Of a stretch of DNA of 64,000 nt, positions 28,999-40,107 are shown piece by piece. A model generated the notes under the pieces. That model searched no databases. It worked only from the letters and a program-made list of their open reading frames with translations, and was not told the DNA's origin. The DNA comes from Flavitalea sp. Its GTDB lineage: Bacteria; Bacteroidota; Bacteroidia; Chitinophagales; Chitinophagaceae. A program made the translations under genes and the position numbers. How positions within the stretch are numbered: position 1 is the stretch's first letter; every line of letters starts with the position of its first letter. The stretch lies in NCBI GenBank assembly GCA_035489435.1, contig DATHKG010000005.1; one strand, 5' to 3'.

Positions 28999-29871
28999 TT
29001 ACTCCACCACTTCTAACACAGACACCTGCTGATAATTCTGCCGGTAATTTTTTGGCTGGCAGTTCTTAAACTTTTTAAACTGACGGTAAAAAAACGGAAT
29101 GCTTTCAAAGCCTGCCTGGTAACACACCTCGCTAACTTGTTTGTCGGTTTCAAGTAACAACTTGCAGGCCTTATTTATTTTAAACTCATTCAGAAATTCG
29201 AAAAAAGGTTTTTTCATTGTTTTGCTGAAGAATCTTGAAAAATATTCTTCACTCATATTAAGCCTGGACGCAATATCGGCAAGTGTAATTTGCTTCAGAT
29301 AATTTTGTTGTATATAATCATATACCATGTTTATCCGGCCCTTATCCGTATAATTCAAATCGCAGGCAAAACCTTGCTCGCATAAATACCTGGCTGACAT
29401 ATTATATGAAAGATCCTGCAGTATCTGCAACAGGATCATCAGTTTCTCAAAAGGTGATGCCTTTAACAAAGCAAAAAAGCTGCTTTTCAATCCCCGCGCA
29501 ACATTGTCGTCAACCTTGATACCTTTACTCATATTGGTCAGCAGCTTCCTGATGGATTCGAACTCAATGCTCTGTACCCAGGTCGGATCAAAAAACTCCT
29601 CCTTCAAATAAATCACGATAGCAGTCACAGGCTCATCCTTGTTAGTGCTCTGCCAGGAGTGTGGTAAATTCGAACCAAGCAACACAAGATCATCTGCGTA
29701 AAAATTCTCAATTGAGTTACCAACATACCTCACTCCTTTTCCACTAAGTATAAAAGCCAGCTCCAATTCAGGATGATAATGCCAGGGATAATAAAACTCT
29801 TTACTGGTTTCCTGAAACTCAACCTTAAATAATTTCGACTCCGATGGTATCGGTTTAAAATGCGGTTTCAT
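28999..29871 (-). CDS. AraC-family transcriptional regulator with N-terminal cupin domain (RhaR-like PUL regulator)
   Basis: 290 aa. YPWHYHPELELAFILSG is a cupin motif. The C-terminus ITLADIASRLNMSEEYFSRFF...VSEVCYQAGFESIPFFYRQFKK is an AraC-type HTH. Confidence 0.85.
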   Translation of the reverse strand: MKPHFKPIPSESKLFKVEFQETSKEFYYPWHYHPELELAFILSGKGVRYVGNSIENFYADDLVLLGSNLPHSWQSTNKDEPVTAIVIYLKEEFFDPTWVQSIEFESIRKLLTNMSKGIKVDDNVARGLKSSFFALLKASPFEKLMILLQILQDLSYNMSARYLCEQGFACDLNYTDKGRINMVYDYIQQNYLKQITLADIASRLNMSEEYFSRFFSKTMKKPFFEFLNEFKINKACKLLLETDKQVSEVCYQAGFESIPFFYRQFKKFKNCQPKNYRQNYQQVSVLEVVE

Positions 29872-30012
29872 ATTCTAAATATAAGGTAAAACTATTTTTA
29901 GATGATTTTATACCAGCGTTTTTCTAAACGTACGACCACCTGTAAATCCAAGAAATACAAAATAGGATAAAGAATGAGCAAGATTGTGTACTAAACCTGT
30001 CCGCCTAACTAA

Positions 30013-30020
30013 TAGTTTTG
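30013..30020 (+). promoter_or_regulatory. candidate Bacteroidota -7 promoter element TAGTTTTG (TAnnTTTG) upstream of SusC-like gene
   Basis: Sequence match about 55 bp upstream of the ATG at 30076. Confidence 0.25.
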
Positions 30021-30075
30021 GAATGTTAGTTTTTCACTGCTTAACTGCCACTCATACAACCAAAACAAAGAAGCT

Positions 30076-33000
30076 ATGAACTTAAAATCACTAAAACTCT
30101 TATTTCGCGCAAAAATCTTTCTGCTGCAAGGCGTGTTCCTTCTTTTTGCAGCTGACCTTTTTGGCCAGGCAGCATCTACTGTTACCGGTAAGGTAAGTGA
30201 TGCAACGGGTCCGCTGCCCAATGTTTCTGTAATTGTAAAAGAAACCCAACTTGGTACACAAACCGACGAGAAAGGGGTTTTCTCTATCGAAGTCACGTCA
30301 GGTCAAACGCTTGTAGTTTCTCACGAAGGTTTTAGTGAGCAAGTCATCAAAGTGGGTGCGCAGAAAGCTTTCGATATCGTGCTTCAGACTTCGGTTTCGG
30401 GTACACTTAATGATGTTGTGGTTATCGGTTACGGGGTCAAAAGAAAAACATCAGTTACGGCGGCTGTATCAACGTTAAAAGGAAAAGAAATTGCATCACT
30501 TCCAATTTCAAATCTTAGCAATGGCCTCGGAGGCCGGGTTTCAGGGGTGATTGTAAAACAAGGTTCTGGCGAACCCGGAAGAGACGGATCAAGCATCTTT
30601 ATACGGGGGATCTCATCAACAGGCGCTAATCAACCACTGGTGATAGTTGATGGTATTCCAAGAAGCTTTCAACAACTTGATCCAAATTCTATAGAATCGT
30701 TTTCCGTTTTGAAGGATGCGGCCGCAGTGGCGCCTTATGGAGTTGCCGGCGCTAATGGCGTTATCTTAGTGACAACAAAAAAAGGTAAATCGGGTGCACC
30801 AACACTTACCTATAATGGATATGTCGGCTTTCAGAATCCGGTAGTGTTGCCCGATTTTGTAAACTCATTTGAATATGCAACGCTCAGAAATGCAGCAGCA
30901 GTTAATGAAGGCGTTTCTCAACCTTATTCTGCAGAAGATCTCCGCAAGTTCCAGGATGGCTCAGACCCCGATGCTTATCCAACTTTCAAAGATATCTGGG
31001 GCGATATAACCAACAAGAACGCAATTCTTACCAATCACAATATAGAAGTAACTGGTGGCGGCGAAAAAGTAAAATATTATGCCGGTCTTGGTTATCAATT
31101 CCAGGAAGGTATGTGGCCCGCTACCAACTCAAGAAGATATAATTTAACACTTAGTCTTGATGCGCAGGTTACCAAAACCACAACGGTTGCTATAAACATT
31201 AACGGCAGGAATCAGAAAGATCAGTACCCCGCAGTCTCTACAGGACGTATCTTTGAACTGATCGGTTATTTGCATCCGTTATATGGGCCACTCAGATTCA
31301 GTAACGGTATGCCGGGAACATTCCTCACCGGTAGCCTTTTCAACAGCGGTTATCAAAACAATAATAATACTTCACTTTATTCGCAGATCTCTATTGAGCA
31401 AATCATTCCGTTTGTCCCGGGATTGAAAGCTAAGGGAACAGTTGCCTACGATCCTTCTTATGCAATGATAAAAAACTGGACATTGCCGGTGCACAAAGCA
31501 AGTCTTGACAAATCCACAACTCCATATACTATCAACGACGGAATCTGGGGACAAACAAAACCATCTCTTTCCCAGAGTACTGATAATGCGCACCAGCTTA
31601 CATACCAGGCAGGGCTCAACTATGATCGTACTTTCGGAAGGCATGGACTCAGCGTGCTTGGACTGTTTGAAGCAAAAAGCAATTCCCTTGTTAGTCTGGC
31701 TGCATCAAGAAGAAATTTTAACCTTGCTATCGACGAGATAAACATGGGTAGCTCCAGCCAGGCAGATATGAGTACAGGTGGCGCTTCAACGCTTGCCCGC
31801 CAGATGGGCCTGGTATATCGTGTGGCTTATGATTTCGATAAAAAATACATGATCGAAGCGAGTGGTCGATACGACGGCAGTTATTACTTCGCTCCGGATG
31901 ATAGGTTTGGCTTTTTCCCTGCATTCTCAGCAGGCTGGCGCTTATCTGAAGAAAAATTTATGAAGAATAGGTTCAGCTGGTTAAACAATCTGAAGTTAAG
32001 AGCATCCTATGGCGAGGTAGGTGCACTTGCAGGTAGTCCGTTCCAGTATATGAATACATATAATGTATTGGGCACTAACTATGTGTTGGGTGGAAATGCT
32101 GTGCAGGGGATCACTGCAAGGGCAGAACCAAATCCAAATATTACCTGGGAACGTGCAAAGAAAACTGATGTAGGTCTTGAAGTAAATTTATGGAATGGTC
32201 TGTTCAATTTTGAAATAGATTATTTCTATGAAAAACGTTCAAACATGCTGGTCAATCCTGATGTGATTGTGCCTTCAGAATACGGTATTGGGTTAAGCCA
32301 GGTCAATGACGGAATCATGGAGAACCGCGGTTTCGATTTTTCTGCAACTTCTAATTATAACTTTACAAAAGATCTCCAGGTATCATTGGGCGCTACAATG
32401 ACCTATGCAAAAAATAAACTGCTCCAGGTTTTTGAAGGGCCAACTACTAAAAACAATCCTAATCGCAGAATCACGGGAAGATCGCTGGGAACGCAGTTTG
32501 GATACCAATCGCTTGGCTATTTCCAGGCTAGTGATTTTGAATCGGGCGGCGGTCTTAAATCGGGCATTGCTACACAGCCATGGGGCGCAGTTCAGCCTGG
32601 CGACATTCGTTATAATGACATGAACGGCGATGGCAAAATCAATGACAATGATCTCACTGTTATAGGCGAGCCCGTTGCAGCACCACGCATCATCTATGGA
32701 TTTTCTCCATCAATTCGTTACAAAGGAATTGGGTTAGATCTTTTGTTCCAGGGTGCTGCCAAAGCAAGCTGGTATTATCATGGTTCAGCAGTGATGCCGT
32801 TCTGGGAAACAATGCTTCCTTACAGACAGAACTTTGATTACTGGACGCCTCAGAATACAAACGCACCATATCCAAGACTTACATCTTCACCAACAGTGAA
32901 CAACTCACAGGTTTCGTCTTTCTGGGTTGGTGATGCAAGCTACCTGCGTTTGAAAAGTGCCACTCTTTCTTACACAATTCCTTCAGCCGTTATGCAAAAA

Positions 33001-33171
33001 GTAAGGATTCAGAGTGCCAGGATTTTCCTTTCAGGTCAGAACATTTTTACCTGGACCAAGCTGATCAATTATGATCCTGAAATTGGACAAAATAACTCAT
33101 GGATACCAAACGGAAGCTGGGGTTATCCTAATCAAAAGGCAATTTCTGTCGGAGCTAATGTCACTTTTTAA
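30076..33171 (+). CDS. SusC/RagA-family TonB-dependent outer-membrane transporter
   Basis: 1031 aa. Signal peptide, then TVTGKVSDATGPLPNVSVIVK (carboxypeptidase-regulatory-like N-domain), a plug domain, and a C-terminal beta-barrel ending ...SVGANVTF. Confidence 0.9.
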   Translation: MNLKSLKLLFRAKIFLLQGVFLLFAADLFGQAASTVTGKVSDATGPLPNVSVIVKETQLGTQTDEKGVFSIEVTSGQTLVVSHEGFSEQVIKVGAQKAFDIVLQTSVSGTLNDVVVIGYGVKRKTSVTAAVSTLKGKEIASLPISNLSNGLGGRVSGVIVKQGSGEPGRDGSSIFIRGISSTGANQPLVIVDGIPRSFQQLDPNSIESFSVLKDAAAVAPYGVAGANGVILVTTKKGKSGAPTLTYNGYVGFQNPVVLPDFVNSFEYATLRNAAAVNEGVSQPYSAEDLRKFQDGSDPDAYPTFKDIWGDITNKNAILTNHNIEVTGGGEKVKYYAGLGYQFQEGMWPATNSRRYNLTLSLDAQVTKTTTVAININGRNQKDQYPAVSTGRIFELIGYLHPLYGPLRFSNGMPGTFLTGSLFNSGYQNNNNTSLYSQISIEQIIPFVPGLKAKGTVAYDPSYAMIKNWTLPVHKASLDKSTTPYTINDGIWGQTKPSLSQSTDNAHQLTYQAGLNYDRTFGRHGLSVLGLFEAKSNSLVSLAASRRNFNLAIDEINMGSSSQADMSTGGASTLARQMGLVYRVAYDFDKKYMIEASGRYDGSYYFAPDDRFGFFPAFSAGWRLSEEKFMKNRFSWLNNLKLRASYGEVGALAGSPFQYMNTYNVLGTNYVLGGNAVQGITARAEPNPNITWERAKKTDVGLEVNLWNGLFNFEIDYFYEKRSNMLVNPDVIVPSEYGIGLSQVNDGIMENRGFDFSATSNYNFTKDLQVSLGATMTYAKNKLLQVFEGPTTKNNPNRRITGRSLGTQFGYQSLGYFQASDFESGGGLKSGIATQPWGAVQPGDIRYNDMNGDGKINDNDLTVIGEPVAAPRIIYGFSPSIRYKGIGLDLLFQGAAKASWYYHGSAVMPFWETMLPYRQNFDYWTPQNTNAPYPRLTSSPTVNNSQVSSFWVGDASYLRLKSATLSYTIPSAVMQKVRIQSARIFLSGQNIFTWTKLINYDPEIGQNNSWIPNGSWGYPNQKAISVGANVTF

Positions 33172-33174
33172 TTA

Positions 33175-34836
33175 TTGCTAAAACAACTGGTCATGAATAT
33201 TAAATCATTGAAAATAAAATTTTACAGTGCTATAGTACTGTTGGTCTTTTCAGTCTCATTTTCTTCCTGTAAAAAGTTCCTGGAAGTAACACCGAAAGAC
33301 CAGGTGACTGATGCCACACTTTGGTCAAACACCGAAAATGCAGGATTGTTTTTGAATAACATCTATGCCGCGATACCGTCCATGGAAACCAGTGATCCAT
33401 GGGATAATTTTTCTGATAACTCACTTAATGGCCAGGCCGGTAGAGTAAGCACAAATATTTATGGCCCCGGTCTCTATACCGCAAGCAATGCACCGAATGT
33501 GTGGGGACAATACACCAATATCCGTAAATGCAACCTGTTTATACAAAATGTCGCTGCATCTGATTTGTCTGCCAACTGGAAAAAAATTGCCCTGGCAGAA
33601 GCCCGTTATCTCCGCGCATATTTTTATTCTTTGTTATGGAATTTTCATGGTGGAGTTCCAATTATCACAGAAGTGCTGAATCAAACTGAGCAAGGTGATG
33701 AAATTTTCAGGGCAAAAAGCACTTCAGAAGAAACCTTTGCTTTTATACAAAAAGAGCTCACGGAGATTGAAGCAGATCTGCCGGTGTCTGCCGAAACAGG
33801 CCGGGCCACAAAAGGTGCGGCGCTGACATTGAAAGGGTCCTGCGAATTGTTTAACGCAAGTCCATTAAAGAATACCAGCAATGATAAAACAAAATGGGCA
33901 ACTGCAGCAGCTACCTTTAAGAAGGTAATCGATCTGAATAAATACAGCCTTTTCTCTGATTATAACGCTATGTTTTTTGAAGCGAATAACAACAATGTTG
34001 AAGTTATCTTCAGCCGCCAGCACCTGGGAGGAACATCCCTGGCAAATTTCAGGGATGGACAGCTGGGGCCGCGTTTTGTCAGAGGTTCGCTGACAGGCTG
34101 GGGTCATCAGAATCCTACACAGGATATAGTGGATGAATATTCAATGGCCAATGGTTTGCCTATCACTGATCCTGCTTCGGGTTACGATCCGCAGAAGCCT
34201 TATCTCAACAGGGAGAAAAGATTTTATGAGTCGATCGTATATGATGAATCTGTATGGCTCGATGATATATTTGTTATGAAACAGGGCGTTGGTAGCTTAA
34301 ATGCGACGGATCTTAATAACAGTAGTATATCAACCCGTACTGGTTATTATTTACGTAAAGGTGTGAATCCGCAATATGCAAGCGCGCAGAACAATGGTAA
34401 CAGTGCAAACTGGATCATTTTCAGATATGCCGAAGTTTTGTTGAGTTATGCTGAAGCACAAAACGAAGCGGTGGGTCCCGATGCATCTGTAATCGATGCA
34501 GTGAACCAGGTCCGTGATAGATCCGATCTTCCCGATCTTCCTACAGGTTTGTCACAGGCAAATATGAGAATAGCTATTCAAAGAGAAAGAAGAGTTGAAC
34601 TCGCATTTGAAGAAAAGCGGTTGCCTGATTTGCTAAGACTTAAACTTGCTGAAGTGAAGCTTAACGGTACAGTACATGCGATGAAGATAGAGAAGGTAGG
34701 GAATGTCTGGGTTTACACAGTGGTGCCTGCAGGTGGGGGTAACAAAAAGTTTGATCCTGCAAAAAATTATCTATTGCCGATACCACAGTCGGCTATCGAT
34801 AAAAATCCTCAACTTGTTCAGAATCCGAATTACTAG
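33175..34836 (+). CDS. SusD/RagB-family nutrient-binding lipoprotein (signal probably starts at Met 33193)
   Basis: KFYSAIVLLVFSVSFSSCKKFLEVTPKDQVTDATLWSN...NNIYAAIP gives the lipobox Cys and a SusD N-terminus. Immediately downstream of SusC. Confidence 0.9.
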   Translation: MLKQLVMNIKSLKIKFYSAIVLLVFSVSFSSCKKFLEVTPKDQVTDATLWSNTENAGLFLNNIYAAIPSMETSDPWDNFSDNSLNGQAGRVSTNIYGPGLYTASNAPNVWGQYTNIRKCNLFIQNVAASDLSANWKKIALAEARYLRAYFYSLLWNFHGGVPIITEVLNQTEQGDEIFRAKSTSEETFAFIQKELTEIEADLPVSAETGRATKGAALTLKGSCELFNASPLKNTSNDKTKWATAAATFKKVIDLNKYSLFSDYNAMFFEANNNNVEVIFSRQHLGGTSLANFRDGQLGPRFVRGSLTGWGHQNPTQDIVDEYSMANGLPITDPASGYDPQKPYLNREKRFYESIVYDESVWLDDIFVMKQGVGSLNATDLNNSSISTRTGYYLRKGVNPQYASAQNNGNSANWIIFRYAEVLLSYAEAQNEAVGPDASVIDAVNQVRDRSDLPDLPTGLSQANMRIAIQRERRVELAFEEKRLPDLLRLKLAEVKLNGTVHAMKIEKVGNVWVYTVVPAGGGNKKFDPAKNYLLPIPQSAIDKNPQLVQNPNY

Positions 34837-34949
34837 GGGTTTATAAGATGAAAGAGAAAGTTATGAACAAATCCAGGGTGAATAATGCCATGAGAAGCTT
34901 CCTGAAAAACACAGCCTTCGCAGCCGCGGGACGGTTTTGAATCGCAATA

Positions 34950-37781
34950 ATGAAACTATTAATAAACATGTTTAATTTAAAAGAACTTTCAGGAATAATA
35001 TCAGCAGGTCTTTTGATATTTGTGTCACAGTCAGCCTATGCACAGAACGCGGGGCGGCTTGAGGCGGATATACAAATTTCATTTGGTCATACTGCACCAA
35101 AAAAAACTTCCAGATCAATACAATTAAAGGGCTCAACAACTCTTAGCATCTCCAATATTAAAGGAAGCAAGCTCGAAAGAAATGATAAGGCCGGTGAGCA
35201 ATCCGCATTTAATTGCGGCGCAGGCGATGTTGATGAGCTGATTACTCATGTAGCCTGGACAACACCCTCAGCAACACCATTAAAAGTAGCACAACACAAG
35301 GATGACTATTCAATCAACGGTGATGGCATGTGGGGTTATCTTTTAGAAAAGGGATCACCGGGCCAGATAGCTCGCCTGCAGCAGGATCAATGGAATCAGC
35401 CGGATGCGCCAATGTTTACCATACAATTGAATGCAGAAGGCACTGAAGGATTTTCTGTGTCAATGGAAAATCTCTTAAAATACGGCGCCATGTGGCTGCC
35501 GGAGCATGATGTGTTTATTGCTATAGCAGGTAAGGGAACAGATTTTAAAAAGCACCTCGCATCCTTGAAAGGCCAACGTACGCTCGATGTTGTCCGCAGT
35601 TCGCCTGAAGCTTCGCTTGATCAATTCAAAAAACGCTGGGCAGACTTCGGGAATCCAAACGACTGGAAAGCTTCATGGCAAACAAGATACATGGGTACAA
35701 CGGGTCATCTTACAGTTACCGCCGCCACACATGGCTCGATCTATAAGTTTGCAGTTGACCGATGGGCGAACCTGAGACCAGATTTTGCATCACCACATCG
35801 ATTCAGGTTAGACTTCCTGCTGCCCGGCAGCGAATGGAAAGGTCAGAAGATTCAAAACGGATTGCCTGTAGTTGTTACCAATCTTCAAAAAAATGAACAG
35901 CAGTTTGAGGTTGAACAATTCGCATCAACCTTCGGTGATGTATCAGCAGCAATAAGCGGCTATGTACGCAGCGTAATGCTTACCAGGGTGAAGGTTTCCG
36001 GTAAAGCCGGCAATTTGAACTTTGGATTTAGTTTTAACAATGAACAGAAGGATCGTAAGCTTTCAGTTGCTAACCTCAACGGTAAGTGGAACCTGAAAGA
36101 TGATTATACAAATGAAACTTTGCTTTCAGTTGAAGGACCGGGCCTGACAGTTACGACGACACAAAATGGTTTGATAGAAAAAGGACAACAGGTAACTTTT
36201 AATATAACTGGAAACCTGGCGAATGGAGAAACTAAAGAGGTTGTTTTAAAACTGCCTGCTCCCGCGGTTTCTGCACAGGCAACTGCAGTGCTGAATGGAT
36301 TGAAATATGACGCTGAAAAAACAAGAACCATTGCGTATTGGGAACAATGGCTCACCGCCGGTGCGCAGTTTATAGTGCCGGAACAAAAAGTGAACGAGTT
36401 ATATCGCGCCAGCCTTTGGCATTCACTGATACTGCCCCGTCATACTATCAATGATAACAACCAACAACACATGGACCTGCCTTATGCAAACACAGCATAT
36501 GGACAAAAAAAGGCGGACTGGCCAATCAACCAGGCTGTTTATGTTGATTACATGATTTATGGTTTAAGAGGTTATGAAAAAGTTGCCGAAAACGAACTGA
36601 AAGCAATGTTTCAAAGTCAGCAACAGCCCGATGGACGAATCGGTGGGTTTGCTAACTGGGGCGTTTACTCTCCCGGTCACCTGTACACGATAGCGCAGAA
36701 TTATCTGCTCTCAGGGAATAAAGAAGAGTTTGGCCGATTGCTACCACAATCATTAAAAGCACTTGACTGGTGCCTTCGCCAGATTAATAAATCCGATTCT
36801 CAAACCAACAGAACAGGACTGATCTTAGGTGCACTGAACGATCTGACGCATGCTGAACGCGAATGGGCTTTTACCCAGGCTTATTATGTAGCGGGGCTTG
36901 AACAGTTTGCCCGGGCTCTTTCAAGATATGGTCATCAACGCGCGGATGAAGTAAAGCAGGTAGCTGCAAAAATGAAAAAAGATGTAGTCACAGCCTTTGC
37001 AGGCAGTAGTGTAAAATCACCTGTAGTGCAACTGGCTGATGGAAGCTGGACCAATTATGTTCCTACAGATGCAATGACGCCGAGACGCATGATGGAGCAA
37101 TGGTATCCTACCGATGTCGATTGCGGACCCCTACACCTGTCTCGCCTTGGTGTGTTTGAACCATACAGCTGGATGACAACAGCTATGTTGAATGATCATG
37201 AAGACAATCTTTTCCTGCTGAATAACGGGGCAGCAAATGAGCCGGTCTACGTACAACAGGGAAATACTTATTTGCTGCGCGATGATCCCAAAGGAGTAAT
37301 ACGTTCATTCTATAGTATGATGGCTTGCGCTTTCTCTCATGAGCAACTTACTTCACTTGAACATCGATGGGCCTGGGGACAATATTACGGTCCGCCCAGC
37401 ACTGATGGGGCCTGGTTTGAATTATACCGGAGGATGCTGATCAATGAATTCGGAGATGATACGCTGATGATAGGACAGGCTGTTCCGCGGGAATGGTTAA
37501 AGACGGGCAAACAGATCGAGGTTAAAAACGCACCCACTAATTTTGGACCGCTTTCATTAAGCTTCAGGGTTGAAAATGCAAATGAAATTAAAGCAGAAGT
37601 CAACCTTTCAGATCGTAATCCTCCAAAACAATTATTGATCAGATTTCGTCATCAACAGGAAAAATCCATTCGTTCTGTGACGGTGAATGGGAAACCCTGG
37701 AGAAACTTCGATTCAAAAAAAGAGTTTGTAATCATCCCGGAGCCATCTGAAAAGAACTATGTAATATTAGCAAAGTTCTAG
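34950..37781 (+). CDS. secreted 943-aa PUL protein, probable glycoside hydrolase/lyase of unassigned family
   Basis: Signal peptide ...SQSAYAQ. A large beta-rich N-terminal part and a helical-repeat C-terminal part. Sits between SusD and a GH gene. Confidence 0.5.
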   Translation: MKLLINMFNLKELSGIISAGLLIFVSQSAYAQNAGRLEADIQISFGHTAPKKTSRSIQLKGSTTLSISNIKGSKLERNDKAGEQSAFNCGAGDVDELITHVAWTTPSATPLKVAQHKDDYSINGDGMWGYLLEKGSPGQIARLQQDQWNQPDAPMFTIQLNAEGTEGFSVSMENLLKYGAMWLPEHDVFIAIAGKGTDFKKHLASLKGQRTLDVVRSSPEASLDQFKKRWADFGNPNDWKASWQTRYMGTTGHLTVTAATHGSIYKFAVDRWANLRPDFASPHRFRLDFLLPGSEWKGQKIQNGLPVVVTNLQKNEQQFEVEQFASTFGDVSAAISGYVRSVMLTRVKVSGKAGNLNFGFSFNNEQKDRKLSVANLNGKWNLKDDYTNETLLSVEGPGLTVTTTQNGLIEKGQQVTFNITGNLANGETKEVVLKLPAPAVSAQATAVLNGLKYDAEKTRTIAYWEQWLTAGAQFIVPEQKVNELYRASLWHSLILPRHTINDNNQQHMDLPYANTAYGQKKADWPINQAVYVDYMIYGLRGYEKVAENELKAMFQSQQQPDGRIGGFANWGVYSPGHLYTIAQNYLLSGNKEEFGRLLPQSLKALDWCLRQINKSDSQTNRTGLILGALNDLTHAEREWAFTQAYYVAGLEQFARALSRYGHQRADEVKQVAAKMKKDVVTAFAGSSVKSPVVQLADGSWTNYVPTDAMTPRRMMEQWYPTDVDCGPLHLSRLGVFEPYSWMTTAMLNDHEDNLFLLNNGAANEPVYVQQGNTYLLRDDPKGVIRSFYSMMACAFSHEQLTSLEHRWAWGQYYGPPSTDGAWFELYRRMLINEFGDDTLMIGQAVPREWLKTGKQIEVKNAPTNFGPLSLSFRVENANEIKAEVNLSDRNPPKQLLIRFRHQQEKSIRSVTVNGKPWRNFDSKKEFVIIPEPSEKNYVILAKF

Positions 37782-37831
37782 CCCGGCATCGTTGTAATAG
37801 CAAGTCTTTTCACCTGCAAAACTTATTTATT

Positions 37832-39214
37832 TTGAAGCTAAAAGGTTTTTTCTTTTTTTCCCTGCTTATCCTTTCAGGAGTTGCTTCTGCCCAGGAAACA
37901 AATCTTGAAGTTGATTTTTCAAAAGATCTTGGACCAATGCGAATGGAACAGATGGCACTGGGACAGGGTGGTCTCTCTGAAGAGCCAATGCTTGCGAACC
38001 GTACAACCGAAATAAAAGCTTTGCATCCTGCAATAATAAGGCTGTTCGTTAGTGAATATTATGAAGTGCTTCCGCAAAAAGGGAAGTATCATTTTAAAAC
38101 ACTGGATAGCATGGTGAACAATATCCTGGCAACAGGTGCAAAACCCTTTATGAGCTTTTGCTTAAAGCCAAAGGTTTTTTTTCCGGTGATAGACCATGAT
38201 ATTGTTGAGCCAAACGACTATAAAGGCTGGGAAGAGTTTGTATTTAATGTTGTTAAACATTACCTGAATAAAGGGGCGGGCATAAAGTTTTGGGAAGTTG
38301 GTAATGAAGTTGATATCGGCGAAGATGGCGGAACACCATATCGCTTTAAGCCAGAAAACTATGCCAGATATTATAAACATACGGTAGCCGCCATCCGACG
38401 CGCAGATCCTACTGCAAAAGTTGGCGGTCCCGCACTGGCCTGGTTTAAATCACCCATTTTGCCGGAGCTGCTGCGTGTTTGTTCACTGGAAAAAATACCT
38501 TTGGATTTTGTATCCTTTCACAATTATAATAACAGTCCGACCGCGATAAGGGGCCAGATTCAATACGTAAAAGATCTGTTGGCAAAATATCCGGATCTTC
38601 GTGCGGAGACAATCATGAATGAATGGAACGTTGACCTGTTTAACCCCATTCTTGATCCGCGTTTTCAACCCTGCTATGTTGCCGAAACCATCTGGCAAAT
38701 GAAAGATGTCGGACTCGACTGGTCGTGTTACTATCATATCCGCGATTGGTATGTGTCTTATGAAACATTTGCAAAAGTGTTTTCGCCGCAGGGTACAGCA
38801 TTCATGACCCGTTGGTGGAACCGCCAGGCTCAGTTCAGTGGATTAATTGATTATCAGAATAATCTAAGACCAGCATATTTTACGTTCAAACTGCTGTCGA
38901 GAATGGCAGGAAATAAATTGAAGGTAAGTTCTGAAAGCGACAAGGTGCACGGATTTGCGAGTCATGATCCCAGGCTGAATATGCACAACATGATGGTTTG
39001 GAATTTTTCAGACACAGCGAAAAAGGTAAAGATTAGCCTGAAAGATCTACCCAAAAAAATGCGTATCCGTCATATGATTTTGGATGCTACATCCGGCGCA
39101 CAGGACGAAAATCAACGGCTTCGTCCGGATCCTTTTATCAATCTTGAAAAAGGAACAAGGGAAATTTCTTTAACACTTGAACCATGGGCAGTACATTACT
39201 GGTCATTTGAATGA
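37832..39214 (+). CDS. secreted glycoside hydrolase, clan GH-A (GH39/GH5-like)
   Basis: Signal peptide. FWEVGNEVD (NE acid/base motif) and ...IMNEWN... (nucleophile region) typical of (beta/alpha)8 clan A hydrolases. Confidence 0.65.
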   Translation: MKLKGFFFFSLLILSGVASAQETNLEVDFSKDLGPMRMEQMALGQGGLSEEPMLANRTTEIKALHPAIIRLFVSEYYEVLPQKGKYHFKTLDSMVNNILATGAKPFMSFCLKPKVFFPVIDHDIVEPNDYKGWEEFVFNVVKHYLNKGAGIKFWEVGNEVDIGEDGGTPYRFKPENYARYYKHTVAAIRRADPTAKVGGPALAWFKSPILPELLRVCSLEKIPLDFVSFHNYNNSPTAIRGQIQYVKDLLAKYPDLRAETIMNEWNVDLFNPILDPRFQPCYVAETIWQMKDVGLDWSCYYHIRDWYVSYETFAKVFSPQGTAFMTRWWNRQAQFSGLIDYQNNLRPAYFTFKLLSRMAGNKLKVSSESDKVHGFASHDPRLNMHNMMVWNFSDTAKKVKISLKDLPKKMRIRHMILDATSGAQDENQRLRPDPFINLEKGTREISLTLEPWAVHYWSFE

Positions 39215-39243
39215 TAATGCTGACCCTAAAATGAGTTATTGAT

Positions 39244-40107
39244 ATGATTGTTGACATTCACACACATGTGTTCAGGCCGGAACTGGATTTTGGCCCAAAG
39301 TTGCAAGCTGATTTGAAGCGGTGTGGAGTAGATCAAACAGTTTGGGGCGATGTTGAGAAAAGACACCTGGAAGAAACGCAGGCCGCGGATGTAGCCGTCG
39401 TGTTTGGGCTCCAGGCTTCACAAACTGATTGGAACATACCGAATGAAATCGTTGCAGCACATGTTGCAAAGGCACCTGAACGATTATTGTTTTTTGCTTC
39501 TATCGATCCGGCTAAGAAAAACTTTATGGATGAGCTGGAAAAATGTCACCAGGATCTTGGGGCAGTGGGAGTGAAAATGTCTCCGCTCTACCAGAATGTT
39601 CATCCCGCAGATCCGAGATGTTATGATATCTATAGTTATTGTATAAAACATGGGTTACCCGTACTTTTCCATGCGGGCACTTCATTCGTAAGTGGCACAC
39701 CGCTTGACTATTCAAGGCCCGTTCATTTTGATGCGGTTGCAGTAGATTTTCCGGACCTGCATATGGTGCTGGCGCATCTTGGTCATCCATGGGAGGGGGA
39801 AACGATTGCGGTGATACGCCGGCATGCAAATGTTTATGCTGATCTTTCTGCATTGTACTACCGGCCCTGGCAGTTTTATAATTCAATGCGTTTACTGGTA
39901 GAATATGGTGCTTATGCAAAAGTGCTTTTTGGGTCAGACTTCCCTTTTACTACAACACGTAGTTCATTGGAAGGGGTGAGAAATATCAATCATATCATCG
40001 CTAACAGTGGCTTGCCCGGTATCCCTTCAAATGTTATTGAAGGGATTATCAACCGTGATACGTTGACGCTTCTTCAATTACCTAATCCAATGCTTGTAGG
40101 CAGATGA
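39244..40107 (+). CDS. amidohydrolase-2 family metal-dependent hydrolase (sugar-acid lactonase-like)
   Basis: MIVDIHTHVF...; HAGTSF...; HLGHPWEG...; FGSDFPF are TIM-barrel amidohydrolase-2 metal ligands. Confidence 0.7.
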   Translation: MIVDIHTHVFRPELDFGPKLQADLKRCGVDQTVWGDVEKRHLEETQAADVAVVFGLQASQTDWNIPNEIVAAHVAKAPERLLFFASIDPAKKNFMDELEKCHQDLGAVGVKMSPLYQNVHPADPRCYDIYSYCIKHGLPVLFHAGTSFVSGTPLDYSRPVHFDAVAVDFPDLHMVLAHLGHPWEGETIAVIRRHANVYADLSALYYRPWQFYNSMRLLVEYGAYAKVLFGSDFPFTTTRSSLEGVRNINHIIANSGLPGIPSNVIEGIINRDTLTLLQLPNPMLVGR

